A stretch of 62,592 bases of DNA, counting the filler, from Dugesia japonica (Eukaryota), in NCBI GenBank assembly GCA_001938525.1. It is 6 parts of 6 records of this genome, joined end to end, with 100 filler letters (N's around TTAATTAATTAA, not from the genome) between each part and the next. Parts side by side here need not be neighbours in the genome. Positions count along the whole stretch, not along the records: positions 1 to 9,439 come from MQRL01601026.1; positions 9,540 to 21,271 come from MQRL01606331.1; 4 more parts are not named here. The stretch is one strand, 5' to 3'. Below the pieces are notes generated by a model. That model was not told where the DNA came from. It was given only the letters and a program-made list of their open reading frames with translations, and did no database searches. Positions within the stretch are counted from its first letter, which is position 1, and every line of letters starts with the position of its first letter. A program made the position numbers and the translations under genes. Below, in pieces: positions 1-13,244 of the stretch.

Positions 1-1866
1 TTTATTTTATTATTTTACATTAAAATCAATTTTTTGTTAAATGAAATAAAATCATCATGTCCGAGTGCCACCACAAGCATCCTTTTGATTAAAAATGAGA
101 TGAAAATTTAAGGACGAGACAAATTTCGTAACGTGGCTTAAAAAATTATGAATTGAGAAATCACGGGAATTCAGAGGAATTCACCGGGTAGCGTTCACGC
201 ATAGAAAGGTGAAGATAAAGCCGAGAATTGTAGGGCGAAATTAGGTTTTGTCAGATTTCAACGGGTATAAATTTTATAGAAAATTTTTCTGATTCCCCAA
301 TGGGATTACTGTTTGGTTTGTTATATTTTGAGTGGAAAATTTTTTTTGGTCTGGTCAAAAGTCGTATGAATATGTAATAAATAATTAAAAACATTATCCA
401 TTAATCTTGTTGATTTATTTTTTATTATTTATCTTATGTGATCATTTTCTTTTAATTAACAGATATGTTTTAATTATTAAAATCCATTTTTCTTACAAAA
501 TAAATCGAAGTGCAACTGTTTTATAATGAGTAGGGAACGACCAACAGAGTTTGACGATAGCGAGAACGAGGAAAGATACCTTTTATTAGCGGGTATCTTC
601 TCTGGTTCGCGTTATGAGACGTTGGAAATGATTATATGCCGTAGGCCAAAGAAATCGTGTAAATCATTGGAAATTTAAAAATCTAATTTTATTTTATTTT
701 ATTCAGAGTATATTGATAAATATGATTATAATTTACTAGATAACAAAAGGCATAAGGAATTTGAAAAGACCACGCTATATATGGCCGTACATCGGCACTA
801 ACGGTTACTACTATATTGAATGAGCGGAGGTCCAGGAAATATTCCGTGATGAGAAAATAGCTCAGAAAGAAGAGACAAATGGCTTGAGGGTGGATCTCGA
901 TGTAGCCCATTTGCGGGTTGCCATACTCAAAGTGGATAATAAGTTACTCACTTCGCAGCGAGATCGGCTCACCCCTGTGATTAACAGTAAATAAAATGTG
1001 TAGCGTTGTCAAACGAGAGTTGTTTTGTTGATTTGTTTTGTTTGCATTTTAGTATGGAAAATTAAAGTTATATGTATGTCACGATGATTGCAGAGGCAAT
1101 CTTTGAATACGTTTTATTTTAATTGTTAGATAAATATAATTTTTTCGTTAATTAAATAAACAAAAATAAGAATGAAGATGAGAAATGCATGCTCAAATTA
1201 GAGCATCTTGGAATATAACGAGTCCTCTGTGGTTATGATTATTTACGAGGAGACGGGGTAACCAGCGGACAATTTTGTTAACCATATCGAATCGAGAAAA
1301 CATCATTGAGTCGTGGTCGTGAAATAACTTTTATTGGAATAATGCTGTGGTATACAATCGACTCTTATTCTCAGTATTAGCATTAATAAGAAGCGATTTC
1401 ATAGTATAAGATTTAACACTGTAAATAATTGAAATAATTTAACAATTTCTTGATTTATATTTCAACTGTTACTTAGTTAATAATTAATGCTAAAATAAAC
1501 TATTATGATTATTTCAGTGAATTCGATAAAAGATAATAAGACCCCAGCGAAAGAAATGATAGCCCTACAGAAGAAATGGAAAGAGGAGCGTCGGGCGCTA
1601 AGAAATGAGGTGCTGCAACTGAAAAGCCAGGCTACCAAGCACAGTAGCAAATATCAACAACTAAAAGAGAAAGAGTTGACATTGCAGCAAGCCAACCGGT
1701 TGATGGCCGAAATTATCAAAATTTATGCCCACAGAGAGGCCGTGGTGTTCAACAATTTGAGGGCACTGTGGTTGTTGTACCGAAACGCAGCGGATGAGCC
1801 GCGCGAAGGGAATACCACGGTGGATTTAGATGCATGTGAATAGATGCGAATAAATAGTTCTCAACG
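1..1866 (+). mobile_element. Partial long-LTR body (promoter plus mini-ORF cassette), related to the LTRs at 4638, 15841 and 40779
   Basis: TATAAA at 266, then GC-richer ORF islands separated by AT spacers with acceptors and AATAAA. ORF 1505-1843 aligns without gaps to ORF 6258-6653 of the 4638 LTR. Termini not seen. Confidence 0.6.
1518..1843 (+). CDS. LTR-encoded coiled-coil protein exon (homolog of 6259-6653)
   Basis: Acceptor tttcAG at 1516-1517, phase 1. Pattern W-x10-V-x3-K-x16-E-x11-EII-x2-Y-x2-RE shared with 6258-6653. AATAAA follows the stop. Confidence 0.6.
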
Positions 1867-1869
1867 TCA

Positions 1870-2267
1870 TTGATTCTTATTATGTTTATTCGCGGTTATG
1901 TATGACGAGTTAATTTTTATCAAACCTGATTTTAATTTATTTTCTGTAAGTTGATTATTTCCTTTGACTTTCTTTCTTTTATTTAATGAATTATTTTCTT
2001 TCATTATTAATTTTCCTTTCTTTGTTCTCTCAGTCCGTTTCTTGTTTTCCAACATTTCTTTTCTTCCTTTGTAACTCACTAGGTTACGGATCATTTCCCA
2101 TACTTAGTTCCTTTATTTCGGTTTTTTATTCAATTATTCGTTTTGGTAACTGGTCTAAATCCTTCTTTTGTCTGTGTTCTTCGTTTTCTTTCTTGTGACA
2201 TTCTTTCAAATTTCAGGTGTACCTAATCGCTGGTTTATTTTCCATTCTCAAGTGTTTCACCCCAACA
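1870..2267 (-). mobile_element. 5' end (U3 part) of another long-LTR copy, interrupting a gypsy pol
   Basis: Reverse complement starts TGTTGGGGTGAAACAC, matching the LTR 5' ends at 4638 and 15841, followed by purine-rich U3-like sequence. Confidence 0.65.
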
Positions 2268-4320
2268 CTACTGGATACTTCAGCGGAGCTCTAATTCAAA
2301 AAGTTTAAATATTTATTTCTTTGGCAATATTTGCTATAATATCTGTTAAAATAATGCTTAATATTTTCTACACATTCTTTTTCCAATATGACCGAGAACC
2401 GAATGAAATGAATTTATTATTTCTTCTCTTTATACAAATGAAGAGCATCTCCTTTAAGGCGTAATTCTGATCTTAAATTCCATTATTTTAAGCATTCAAC
2501 TTTCTTGATTATTTCACGAATTGTTCTTTCACACTTCTGCCTTCCTTTATTAATTTAGTAATAATATTGAACTCATTCTTTGGTCTATCTTTTTGTATCA
2601 TATTAATTAGCGCTTTTTCAGCATCATTGAATGAAATCAATTCTGAGTTTTGTTTCGCAATATTTATGAAACCGTAATTATAAACTTCAGTGTTGCGTTT
2701 CTCTTTTGAATCAGAATGTTTCAGTGCGCAACTTTCATTAGAGGGCCATCGTGGCAATGCGTCTGTATTGATTAAATCTTTGCTCTTTCTAAAAACTACC
2801 TTCGTGTCATAATTGTCCAATTCTTTTCGCCAAACGCAATACTGGGAAGTGTTCGGATTATCTCAATTCAGCAACCATTTTAATGTTTTATAATCTGTAC
2901 CAATAGTAAATTTTCATCCTATAAAATAGTGCCTAAATTTAAGCACAAGCGAGCAAATAGAGAAATAGCTCTTTCCTGGTTATAGAATATTGACATTAGC
3001 ATGTTAAAGATTTACTCGCATTAGCAATTTCTTTTGCTTTGTTGTGCTGTATCTTTGCTAAAACAGTTCTTATAGAATTGCGGGGTGCATCTGTATCTAA
3101 AAAATACTCACCATTTCCTCAAGACAGACATAATGTTGGTACTGAAATCAATTAGTGTTTTAATTCATAAAACAATGCTTTCCTTTACTCTTACAATTCA
3201 AACTTATTTTTAGTTTGAAATATCGAAGATAACTCAGCAGACATTGCCGCGTAGTTTCTGATAAATTTCATGTAATGATTACAAAATCCTAAAAATGTCT
3301 GTAGATCCTTCTTGCAATTTCTGTGGATCCTTCTCCTATTTCTTTATATGTTTAATTTTTTCTGGATCTATTTGAACTCTTTCCTTATATGTAATAAATA
3401 TTTTATCTCAGTTTGAAGAAATGGACATTTATGAGAAGAGATTTTTAAATTGGCTTCTTTTAATCGTATTAGTACACGATTTAATCATTAATTATGCTTT
3501 TCAATCATTCTTCCAGAACAAGAATGCGTCCAAATTAATTTCACATTTGATACAATTTTCCTTTCTCAGTGGCAGGGGCCGAGCGCAATCCAAACGACAT
3601 TCTGCTGAATTCAAATTTGTCATATCTTGCGTTGAATCCAATTTTCGGAATATCTTCTTCTTTTATCGGGATTTGTTAATAACCAATTAATTAATCTAGA
3701 CTCGTGAAACACATTGAATCGGAAATAGCATCAATATTTCATCTACAGATGGGATGGGAAAGATTGATCTAGATTGTTTTGTATTTAAAGACCTGTAGTC
3801 AATGAATATTCTTATATCCCAATTTCTTTTACTAACTATCACAAGTAGAAAACCCATTGGAGACGTACCTTCTCTTATAATATCGTTTTTTCTTAAAGTG
3901 CATTATTTCTTTTTCCAATTTCATTTTCTAAACCATTTGTTATTTTCAAATGATCATTATTCGTTTCTTTAGCATGTTGAATAGCAATTGTTCTTCAAAT
4001 ATCCATTTTATCTTTACTGAAATTATATTATCACGAATATTTTCATAAGTGCCATAATTTCCGAATATTTTCTTTCACTTTTCAAATGCAATTCAAAATG
4101 ATTCAAAATACTGACAGTATATGGATTATCAACCGTAGCTTCATTAAAATAAATTTGGTTATGTTTCCAACAATCATTTCACGCATCCTAAAGTTGTTTC
4201 TGTATGCAATGTTTAAGATACTCCATCATCAAATTTTTACAGGAATGTATCCAGAATAATTCTTTACTAAACTGTCGCCTATTAATAAAACTCTTTGAGC
4301 CATTTTACTTTAGTCACCAT
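2268..4320 (-). mobile_element. Degenerate Ty3/gypsy internal region (PBS, RT start, RNase H), truncated before integrase
   Basis: Minus-strand translations: IRIFIDYRSLNTKQSRSIFPIPSVDE (RT, ~3740-3830), YFLDTDA...CQYSITRKEL...KFRHYFIG*KFTIGTDYK (RNase H, ~2870-3110) and VFRKSKDLINTDALPR. PBS-like TGGTGACTA at 4319-4311. Many stops. Confidence 0.8.
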
Positions 4321-5282
4321 AAAATACACAATCTTGCCATATCTCCGATACATTTTCGTTGTCTTTACTAAAGTTGAGGTTTAAACATACAACAATACAC
4401 ATATAACATACACACATATATACATGAGATCAATCAAATCAATATTCGAATTCAAACCCATTCAAGTTCAGAGATAACCCATCCAATTATCTTATGTCAA
4501 CATTTAACTTTGATTTTGTTATTTTATTATTGATTGTTCGAACCCATTCGAGTTCATCCAATCATCCTATATCAGCATTTGACATTGATTTTGGATTTTT
4601 ATATTATTCAATATGACTTTGTTAATTTTATTATTTTTGTTAGGGTGAAACATCCGATGTGGGAAGAAAATTGAGGCCAAGGGCTCAAAACATATACTCA
4701 TATAGAGAAGTGGATCAAAAAGGAAGTCCAATAAGAACAAATGGTGGTAGAGAAAATTACAATAAATTTTCTGGGCAACAAGTGACTGAAATAACGGGTA
4801 ACAAATACCGAAAACGAAGAAAAAATTAGTTTGAAAATCCTCAATGAACAAATATAACCCTCATCGAAGTATTAATTAGAAAATTATTAAAATTAATATT
4901 AAATTACGAAAACATTGTTTTTATGATTTAAACTGATTCGTTGGGCGCGCCTTTCTAGGTTTAGTTTTACTAGTAGAATAGTAGTATGAACGCTGTAGTC
5001 TGCAAGGTAGTTATCAACTAAACTCTTGATACAATTAAGGTAAAGTAAGCTTATTTTCCAGTATCATAGGCATAGATAGTAAAGTGAGAATAGATCTACT
5101 CATGGCGGGTTTTCCGTCGAGTATTCTAGTATTTTCCATCGTTATCCACCTAGGAATATGCAGGAACGACCCGACTTAAAGGCCTGGAATAAGTAAATGA
5201 TGATTTTACGTTCAAGAGGGAGGGCATGAAGATTTATATTCTTTTCTTTACAATTAATATTAAATCTTATTATATTTAGATA

Positions 5283-5468
5283 ATGTCGACAGAGTTAAGA
5301 AGTGCCCTTCACACCATTCGAAAACAGCGCAAGACCACTCGTCTTAAACAATTACTCGCTCATCTTTTATCGCGAGACAGGATCGAACATTCCGATGAGA
5401 CTGACTTGTGCTGTTTCGTCGAGATGTTCCCCCTGTATAAGCTTGTAGACCTCGACGAAAAATGTTAG
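5283..5468 (+). CDS. LTR-embedded mini-ORF (61 aa), unknown function
   Basis: ATG directly after an acceptor-like tatttAG. GC-richer island inside LTR A. Confidence 0.35.
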   Translation: MSTELRSALHTIRKQRKTTRLKQLLAHLLSRDRIEHSDETDLCCFVEMFPLYKLVDLDEKC

Positions 5469-5667
5469 CAAACCGCGTGTGAAAAACAACAGTTGCCATG
5501 GTCTAATTTAAATATATATGAACTACTTTTAAATTTTAGTTCTGACTTCGTTTTATTTTAATTGGGTTATTAAATTATTATTTTTATGATCGACTATTTT
5601 GGCATATTTTACTATTTAAATATTCACTACCAGGATAGAACACAAAATTATGTTTAGTATTTACAGG

Positions 5668-6081
5668 ATGGATTTCATATGGGAAACTCTCCTCGACGTC
5701 CGCACAAATAGAGTCGTATTTAAACGTTATCATAACCCCCATGATCGGAATGCGGGTGTGTTACGAGACTACACCAATATATCATCCATCGACGTTGATA
5801 ACGTAAGAGAATGGGACGCATTCGAGCTGAATGCTTATTATGAGTGGCGAAGCGCTGATCGCACGAGAGAAGTACTCCGCCGTTCCACGGTTTCCAACCC
5901 GAAAACAGGTTAGACCACTAGCAAATGGAGGGATGGCCAAGCATATGTACTCTTATCTGCTGCACACTTGTCACCCAATACTTGGTTGCACGCCGACTTA
6001 GGTAACACTTTGTGGGACTTTCAAAATAGTGCAAGCGGTCGATCGGCTGAAAATAATGCGCCTTATTCTTCACATGAATAA
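5668..6081 (+). pseudogene. LTR-embedded ORF (MDFIWETLLDV...), one internal TAG at 5911-5913
   Basis: Acceptor tttacAG before the ATG. The frame continues past the stop to ~6081, followed by two AATAAA. Confidence 0.4.
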
Positions 6082-6258
6082 ACTCTGTGCTTTGATTTTT
6101 TCTTAATAAATGTGTTGTAATAGTTAAATCATATACCGTCTCTTTGAATCCTTTTTTTAGTTTTAGTAAAAAATGGTTAAACGGGAAATTTAGAGTTATT
6201 TTTCGTAATAAATTTAGTCCTTTAACTTAAATGTGTTAATAGGTAAGGTTTATTCTAG

Positions 6259-6653
6259 TGCACTCTTCATTAAATAGATCGCAGGCCCTGACCAAGAAAA
6301 TCCGCGAGTTCAGTGAGGACTTAGATATGACTTGGGATGTTTATAAACTCGCCAAACGTTGCTGGGAAGCCAATATTGCGAACGCCAACAGCAAGGTCAG
6401 AAGATACAAAAATAAGTGTATAGCTTTTAAAACAGAAGCTGAAGCATCACACACCCAAGAGAGAGTGTGGAAGGCTCAAATAGAGTCTTTCACAGAGATT
6501 ATTCGGTCCTACCAAGACCGTGAGAATAAACTGGTTAGGGATATCTTGAAATTAAAAACAGCAATGCCCCTCGAACCACTAATGGTCGATAAGAGTACGC
6601 CCGTGATATCCGTTATTTATAATTTTATTTTTAATAAACCTTTTAAAAACTAA
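6259..6653 (+). CDS. LTR-encoded coiled-coil protein exon with MPLEPLMVDKST tail
   Basis: Acceptor ttctAG at 6257-6258, phase 1. Homologous to 1518-1843. The 12-codon tail is identical in protein to 18340-18375. Confidence 0.65.
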
Positions 6654-6727
6654 ATCTTTGTTGTTATCTAATATCTAAAGGATCATCACGGTTAAGTAGT
6701 AGTAAAAGGTAATAATTTCTTGTTTAG

Positions 6728-7085
6728 TGCCCTGGATCCGACTTCAAACTAGCCTAAAACGGTGCCGTCGCCTGATACAGAAATTATTAATAGAACGCCA
6801 TGTCAAGAGACAAAATGAGAGGGCTCTGTTAACATACCTTTCCCAACGCAACAAACTCATCAAAAAACTTGACTTGATTGTGAAAAAAATGAAGTAAACA
6901 AACAAACAAAGCAGCTCTTACAACACAAGGTGGAATTTTTGAAGCGTTATATCGCTGACTTATCGAGACAACTTGGTAACTCAGCATGGGTCTATTGGAA
7001 TGACAATGATGATGAGGCTGACTTTAATTTTTTAGATATCGATCCGGCCCAGTGGTTAGACCCGGGCGCTTTAGATCTTTTGTAA
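6728..7085 (+). pseudogene. LTR-terminal protein exon, homolog of 18560-18951, one frameshift in an A-run near 6885
   Basis: SLKRCRRLIQKLLIERHVKRQNERALLTYLSQRNKLIKKLD...QTKQLLQHKVEFLKRYI...QWLDPGALDLL*, roughly half identical to ORF 18523-18951. Confidence 0.8.
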
Positions 7086-8129
7086 ATTGTAAACATTAAT
7101 AAACTTAAGTCTCCATACTTGTTAATTTCCAATAAGGGAAAATAAGGAACCCGAAGTAAAGGTGCTGGAGTGAGAACCTCCCGTAAAGGTCGAAGGTCAA
7201 CCGCTCTGTACTGAAAATCTAACTTAGGGCATTAGAGTAAATTCTTGAAAGGGATCTCCTGAGGGATGTTTTTCCCCGGCCAGCATTTTCTTTTCATCAT
7301 CAACTCAGGTGGAACCCCAACATTTTTATTATTTTATAATTTTATTATTTCCGGTTTATTGTATTTGTTATTTTAATTATAGATCGATTAAAGTAATGAA
7401 AATTTTTTCACAATTAGTTATTTGAACAAGTGTTACCTTATTATGGATTTTAGTTTTAAGGAATTCATATTATCAATCTTATTTTGTGGATTTTATGAAT
7501 TTTGGTGAAAATAGAAAGTAGGAATTATTTATTTTATGTGTATAGTTATTTATTTTTATGTATGTGTTTAATAATAAGTACATGTATAATCAGTATAAAT
7601 ACTGATCGTTTTTTAGAATTATTAGACTTAATCTAACTGAGAGAACCTATTTCTTTGATTGGCTTCTCGTTTTTAAATAAAAATCAGCGCTATAAGTAGT
7701 TTAAGGTCATACACTATCAAAATATTATATTTCTTGAAGGTGTGTTATTTTCTTCAATTGACATAATGATATTTACATATTTTACCATATTTATAATTTT
7801 TCGTAAATATATTACATCTATATAGTAAAAGTATATACATACTACACATCTTAAATACTTCCCCAAAATCATTTTGTGTAAATCAATTTATGGTTTCAAT
7901 TATCGAACCATAAAATCTTTATTTGTGTAGAAATATCCAACATTAACAATGATACCTCATAAAATACTATCCAACTTTATCCATTTCTACATTTCATGCT
8001 ACTACCACTTTATAAACCTTTCCAATAATATAAAATATATCAAAAATTTGCAAATATATCATGGTAAAATCTTTATTAATTGTTATTTATTAACTTATTA
8101 TTTATAAATCAAATCAATCAATAATTTTT

Positions 8130-8700
8130 GAAAAAAATATTCGATCAAAATTGTTTTTTCTATTTGGTATTTGATAGCAATTTGATATCTCGACTTAGTC
8201 TTCTTCTGGAATTGACTTTTTCCTATCGTCTAATTGTGGTTAAAATATTTTAAATTCCTTTTTAACTTATCTTAAATAGAGATATAATTTTGGAATTTAT
8301 TTATAAATTGGTATAAATAAGTATAAGGCTTTTACAATTTACCTTTTAAAATACTAAATTTCCATTTTCTAGACTCTTTGGTATTCTTCAAAGCATCATT
8401 CTCCGTTTCTATAGCATATTGAATGGAAATTTTCTTCTAATATCCATTTAATGTTTACTGAAGACATAGATATTATCAAATAATAATTTAGATAATTTGA
8501 TGATTATTATAAGAAACAGCTGTTTAAATAGTTTTTCAGAATATAATATTAGTAGATTGATTCTCCAAATCTAAAATATTAATTGAATTGGAAAACATGA
8601 AATATACGATTTAGTTAAAGACCTGAAGAGCTGGTTGTAAGTTATTTTCACAAGTGGTTCATCTTTATGCTTACTTTATAAATTCTGTACCATTTAAAAT
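8130..8700 (-). mobile_element. Probable Penelope-like element remnant ending in a degenerate hammerhead/pLTR
   Basis: Reverse complement of ~8170-8220 reads GTCAATTCCAGAAGAAGACTAAGTCGAGATATC, matching the repeat at 49540 and 60745. Confidence 0.4.
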
Positions 8701-8867
8701 TAAATGAAAATTCGTTTTTTATTTTTTAAAACTTTGTTTAAATTCATTATTTGTTTGACAGCGAAGGTCAATTAATAATTACTATTTGAAATATATTTCA
8801 CTGTAATTGAACCAGTAATATTCAGATTAACATTTGACATTGTTATTGAATTTGATACATATCCAAA

Positions 8868-9439
8868 ATGATTTCTACATTCTCATATTATTTCCTTTTT
8901 ATTGCAATCATGTTCTGTTTCAATGAGGCAGTAACCTCAGTTGATCCAGAAGTTAAAATGAATATTGTTGTTTTATTTAATAATTTATCACAATTATAAT
9001 ATTTAAATTCAGTCAGAAATTATTAGATACAACGGCTATCCTTGTGAGGATCATCAAGTAATCACAAAAGATGGTTACATTCTGTCGGTACAAAGAATAC
9101 CATTTAGTTCCAAAACACGTGAGAGAGAAAACAAATTGACTCAATCGAGACCAGTAGTTTTGCTTCAACATGGGCTTCTGGATTCAGCTCATACATGGAC
9201 CATAAATTCACCTGAACAGAGTCTGGCCTTTATTCTTGCAGATCATGGATATGACGTCTGGTTGGCAAACAGTAGAGGCAACACATATTCGAACAAACAT
9301 ATAAATTTGAATGAGAAAGATCCAAAATTTTGGGAATTCAGCTGGGATGAAATGGCGAGCTTTGATTTACCTGCTTTTGTGGACTACGCACTGAAGATCA
9401 ACGGAAATGCAACCAAACTCACTTATATTGGACATTCGC
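8868..9439 (+). CDS. LIPA: Lysosomal/gastric acid lipase family gene, 5' part (exon 1 8868-8966, exon 2 9013-9439+)
   Basis: Signal peptide, then VDPEVKMNI|SEII...GYPCEDHQVITKDGYIL, PVVLLQHGLL, GYDVWLANSRGNTYS, FWEFSWDEM and YIGHS(QG). 46-nt GT-AG intron. Truncated by the linker. Confidence 0.9.
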
Positions 9440-9539
9440 NNNNNNNNNNNNNNNNNNNNNNNNNNNNNNNNNNNNNNNNNNNNTTAATTAATTAANNNNN
9501 NNNNNNNNNNNNNNNNNNNNNNNNNNNNNNNNNNNNNNN
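9440..9539. other. Artificial linker N44-TTAATTAATTAA-N44 (also 21272-21371, 31055-31154, 42527-42626, 52779-52878)
   Basis: The identical 100-nt spacer with a six-frame stop core occurs five times. Confidence 0.95.
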
Positions 9540-12157
9540 ACACCATTTTTAATCCAAACGTGCGATAACTCATTAATATAGCTCTCAGGAAAATGTTAGC
9601 CCTTAGTTACATTTGACAATTTATACTCCGATTTCGAAAAACTACTGAAATTCACCATCGAAACCAAAAAATCATAAACCGAAGCCCATTCTGTCGCGCT
9701 TTTTATTTTTTCAATTAATATTTACACATACTAGTACTTAAAAATACCAAAACACAACACCATCAACCTACCTCCACTAATCCTCTGTCATTCAAATCAA
9801 AATTCATCCAAATCCAACAAAAACTCACAACACCACACCCTTTTGAACCGAAAAACGATAACTCTTCACTGTAACCAACAACAACATAGTTACCTATAAC
9901 ATTCTATACAGATTTACAAGATTGCTTGGCTGACATATGAATTTTAACCTTCTTTACAGTATGAATATTGTTATGCAAAAAATATGTAAATAACAAGGGA
10001 CTTGCAAATTATAAAGAATTTTAATAAAGAGCTCGAGTGAACCCCACAAACTTTCTCATAGCTCATCACTGATTATAATAATTGTAATAATAAATGATGC
10101 TAGTTAAATTTATTTGTATTTATGAAAGACAATTAAATTACATTACTGCAATTAATTATTGATACTGTGAATTAAATAAATGAGAAGCTTAGATTTTGTA
10201 AATAGCATTTGATTAGAAACGATTTAACTAAACCTATATAAAACAAGTATGTGCAACTTAGTTGTGACCACGAACTTGACTTAAATCTCTAATTTAAAAA
10301 CAGTGTAAAGAGAAATTTTAGGGATTATTTCAAGAAATAATACTAGAAGCGTATAAACATTACGGAAAAGGATAAAATAATTAAACTTATTTCACACATT
10401 TGTATATTTAGTTCAGTCATTTTCAATTTAATCATGACTTGAGCCGGGAAATAAAAATTGAAATTATTATGAGCGGATAAAATCAGGCAATAAGCCGTAC
10501 GATACAAATACCTGTTATAATTCAATATTTTTTATTTCATTAACAATATTTAATAAATAAATAACCCATACTGGTACAGGCAGCGGTAACGATTTCATTA
10601 ATTGAAAAGACTCATTGCATACGTAATTACAAATTGTGCACACCGTTTGAAAGGTCAGTTGTCCATAAAAATTATCTACATAAAATTGTTTAAATTAAAA
10701 GATAAATTAAATAGTATAATTTACTGATTATTTTTAAGCAAATATATAGTTTAGAGCTGTTAAATTAAAATACAGATTCATCATTTTAACACACAATAAA
10801 TGTCATTCAATTTTTGAGATTTCAGTAGAAATTGGAATTTTAATTTTTTTTTACAATTTATAACTTAATTTATACCAAAAGGAAATGAGATACAGCATTT
10901 TGCAATAGTTTATCAAATAAAAATGTATTTAATTGTTTTTATTCTTAACAATTAGCGTTAATGTGAAAATTATTAAAATTAACACTTTTTCATTCTTATA
11001 CGATTCCGATTTTTATTTTAAAGCATCTCTTTCATTCGTTAATTTTTTTTATTATTTATTTTACCATACATTTCGCGGTATTTTTTGAATTTACTTATTA
11101 TATTTTTCATTTAAAATTGACTTATTTTAGTAAGATAAAAATTGCGAATTAATATTATTAATTTTTTGCAGTGAAAACGATGTTCTAGACTCAAGTGAGC
11201 AATATTTCCTTTTTAATAATAACCAAAATGAAAAACGAATTAAATATCTGTCTCATTCCTAAATGATGCATATGCCATTTTATTATTTTTTCGTTGACAT
11301 TAAATATCAAACCAAGTACTGACATGTCAAATATTTTTCTCAATTCACCTAATTCATTTTATTTATTTCTACGTTGCTAATTATTAATTTAATTTAGCAT
11401 ATTTATTCTTGTGAATAAATTATTGGCCAACTAATACTTGAATCTTCTTGGTCTTCTCGTTCTGTTGTTTCCTTCATTCATTATCTTTTTGTTCTTATTT
11501 TCATTGCATCTGGTTTAAATTCGACTGTCTCTGTCTTTCTTCTATTCTTGCTCTCTCCATCTGTTTGATGATAGTTGTTCGTCGCTGGCTTCCCCTTGTA
11601 TTTGGATAATTCTTCAATTTCCTTTTTGTCGTCATTAGTATATTTTCGGGGTTACATATTTTTTTTATTTCAGGTCGTACTCATCAATTTTCTTTTAACC
11701 GTCCATTTTGGGATGTTTTACCCCAACAGAATTAAGTCGCTTCCTCTCTGTTATTATCAGTAAAAAAATGTGATATTCTCGTTTGAAGTTCACTGGGATG
11801 AGATAATTAACGTGTTTTAGAATAATGAAGAATGTCACCAACAAAAATATTTTATAGTAGATAGATAGAAGTGCACTGCCCCACTTAACCCCTCAGATAG
11901 AAATTGTTTGGAGTGGACTTTTATTGGCTGCACACATGTTTCCAGCGATTTGATTGCTCGCAAATTTAGGTGTGCGATTACGCAATCGGGGTAATAAAAA
12001 ATTTGATTGGTCGAAAAAAATATAATACTTATTAATAAAAAAATATTTTTTTATTTTCCTTTTTTATTTGAATAAAAATAATGTAATTTATGATGATTAG
12101 AATTAACATAAAAATTTTTAAATTGAAAAATTATAATAATAAAAATAATAATAATAG

Positions 12158-13138
12158 TGTTGAGACATGGGCTTGATTTTACTTACTTGAATTAGCCATA
12201 CCCATCCATAATTTACCCGGTCTTCTCGGCAGCGTCTGTGACTTTTATAGGAAAAGTGCAAACGCGTACCGATTTAGTTTAGGTTTTTGTTCTATAAGCG
12301 ATAGAAGCTCTAAAATGATCAAAATCAAAAGTAATCTTGTATTTTGTTGCCTTTCAAAAAGAAAGAGAAAAATAACGATATAAATATTTATTACATTAAC
12401 TATGACACAAGATACATAAAATAAGTTTCAGTTCTAGTGATGAGAATGTGATTTCATTTATCTGTTTCTTTTCAAGTGCATAAGGTTTTCTGTGAGAGCA
12501 TTACATTATTAAAGAATTATTTGAGGGCATTACATTGTTATCAACTTTCCTAGGAACATTATTCCAATTTTAACTGAAGAATAGTTCGTCAGTGTTCATT
12601 TATCGTTTGAGTCTATGTTGCATTTCTGAGTAAGTTTAAGTATATCTGAGTTCATCTGATCACAGTTAACATGTTCAATCATGTCTGAACATTATGAAAT
12701 ATATCTAAGCAAATTGGAGCACATTTAAGTTGATTTGAGTAGATTTACGTTCAGCTGAGCGAAACAAGATTGTTCAATCCTGCCTGAACATATTAGAATA
12801 TATCTAAGCATATTAGGTTTGTCTCATCATGTTAACCCACTTCTGAGTATGTTTGAGTTCATGCTTATACAAGCTAACAATCCGCATTGTTGTTAGTCTC
12901 TGCTTCAAATATTTACAGCCTGGTAAATTTCTTTATCCTCCATATCGAGATTGACCACGCATTGTTTTTCCGATATCTGGTTTTCTATTTAATACAATCT
13001 GCTTATTTATTTTTAAAAAAGTGTTTCCAGTCTAATTTCTTTTATTAAAGTAGCTTATTCGTAGTTTCAACGATTTCGTTTGATAATTAAAGTTATTAAC
13101 TTATGTTGTAAATTAATTTGTTGGGTTTTGTCCCAACA
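12158..13138. mobile_element. Solo LTR (981 bp) inserted in (AAT)n with 4-bp TSD ATAG
   Basis: Ends TGTTGAGAC...GTCCCAACA. ATAG at 12154-12157 and 13139-13142. Internal degenerate tandem repeats at ~12590-12870. Confidence 0.8.

Positions 13139-13142
<4 letters not shown>

Positions 13143-13191
<49 letters not shown>
13143..13191. repeat. (AAT)n microsatellite running into a gap (others at 21505-21576, 40569-40760, 42466-42526)
   Basis: Seen directly. Confidence 0.95.
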
Positions 13192-13244
13192 NNNNNNNNN
13201 NNNNNNNNNNNNNNNNNNNNNNNNNNNNNNNNNNNNNNNNNTAA

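Larger units (their letters stand above)
4638..7322 (+). mobile_element. Solo long LTR (copy A, 2685 bp)
   Basis: Starts TGTTAGGGTGAAA and ends GGAACCCCAACA. Possible 4-bp TSD TTTT. Both ends are homologous to the 15841-19189 LTR, the last ~200 bp strongly so. Confidence 0.85.

Noticed and set aside
9484-9495. Recurrent TTAATTAATTAA palindrome as a biological motif
   Set aside because: It is always centred in exactly 44+44 Ns, so it is an assembly linker.
13119-13138. TGTTGGGTTTTGTCCCAACA as a stand-alone hairpin or mini-element
   Set aside because: It is better explained as the end of the 12158-13138 LTR, which has a TSD.
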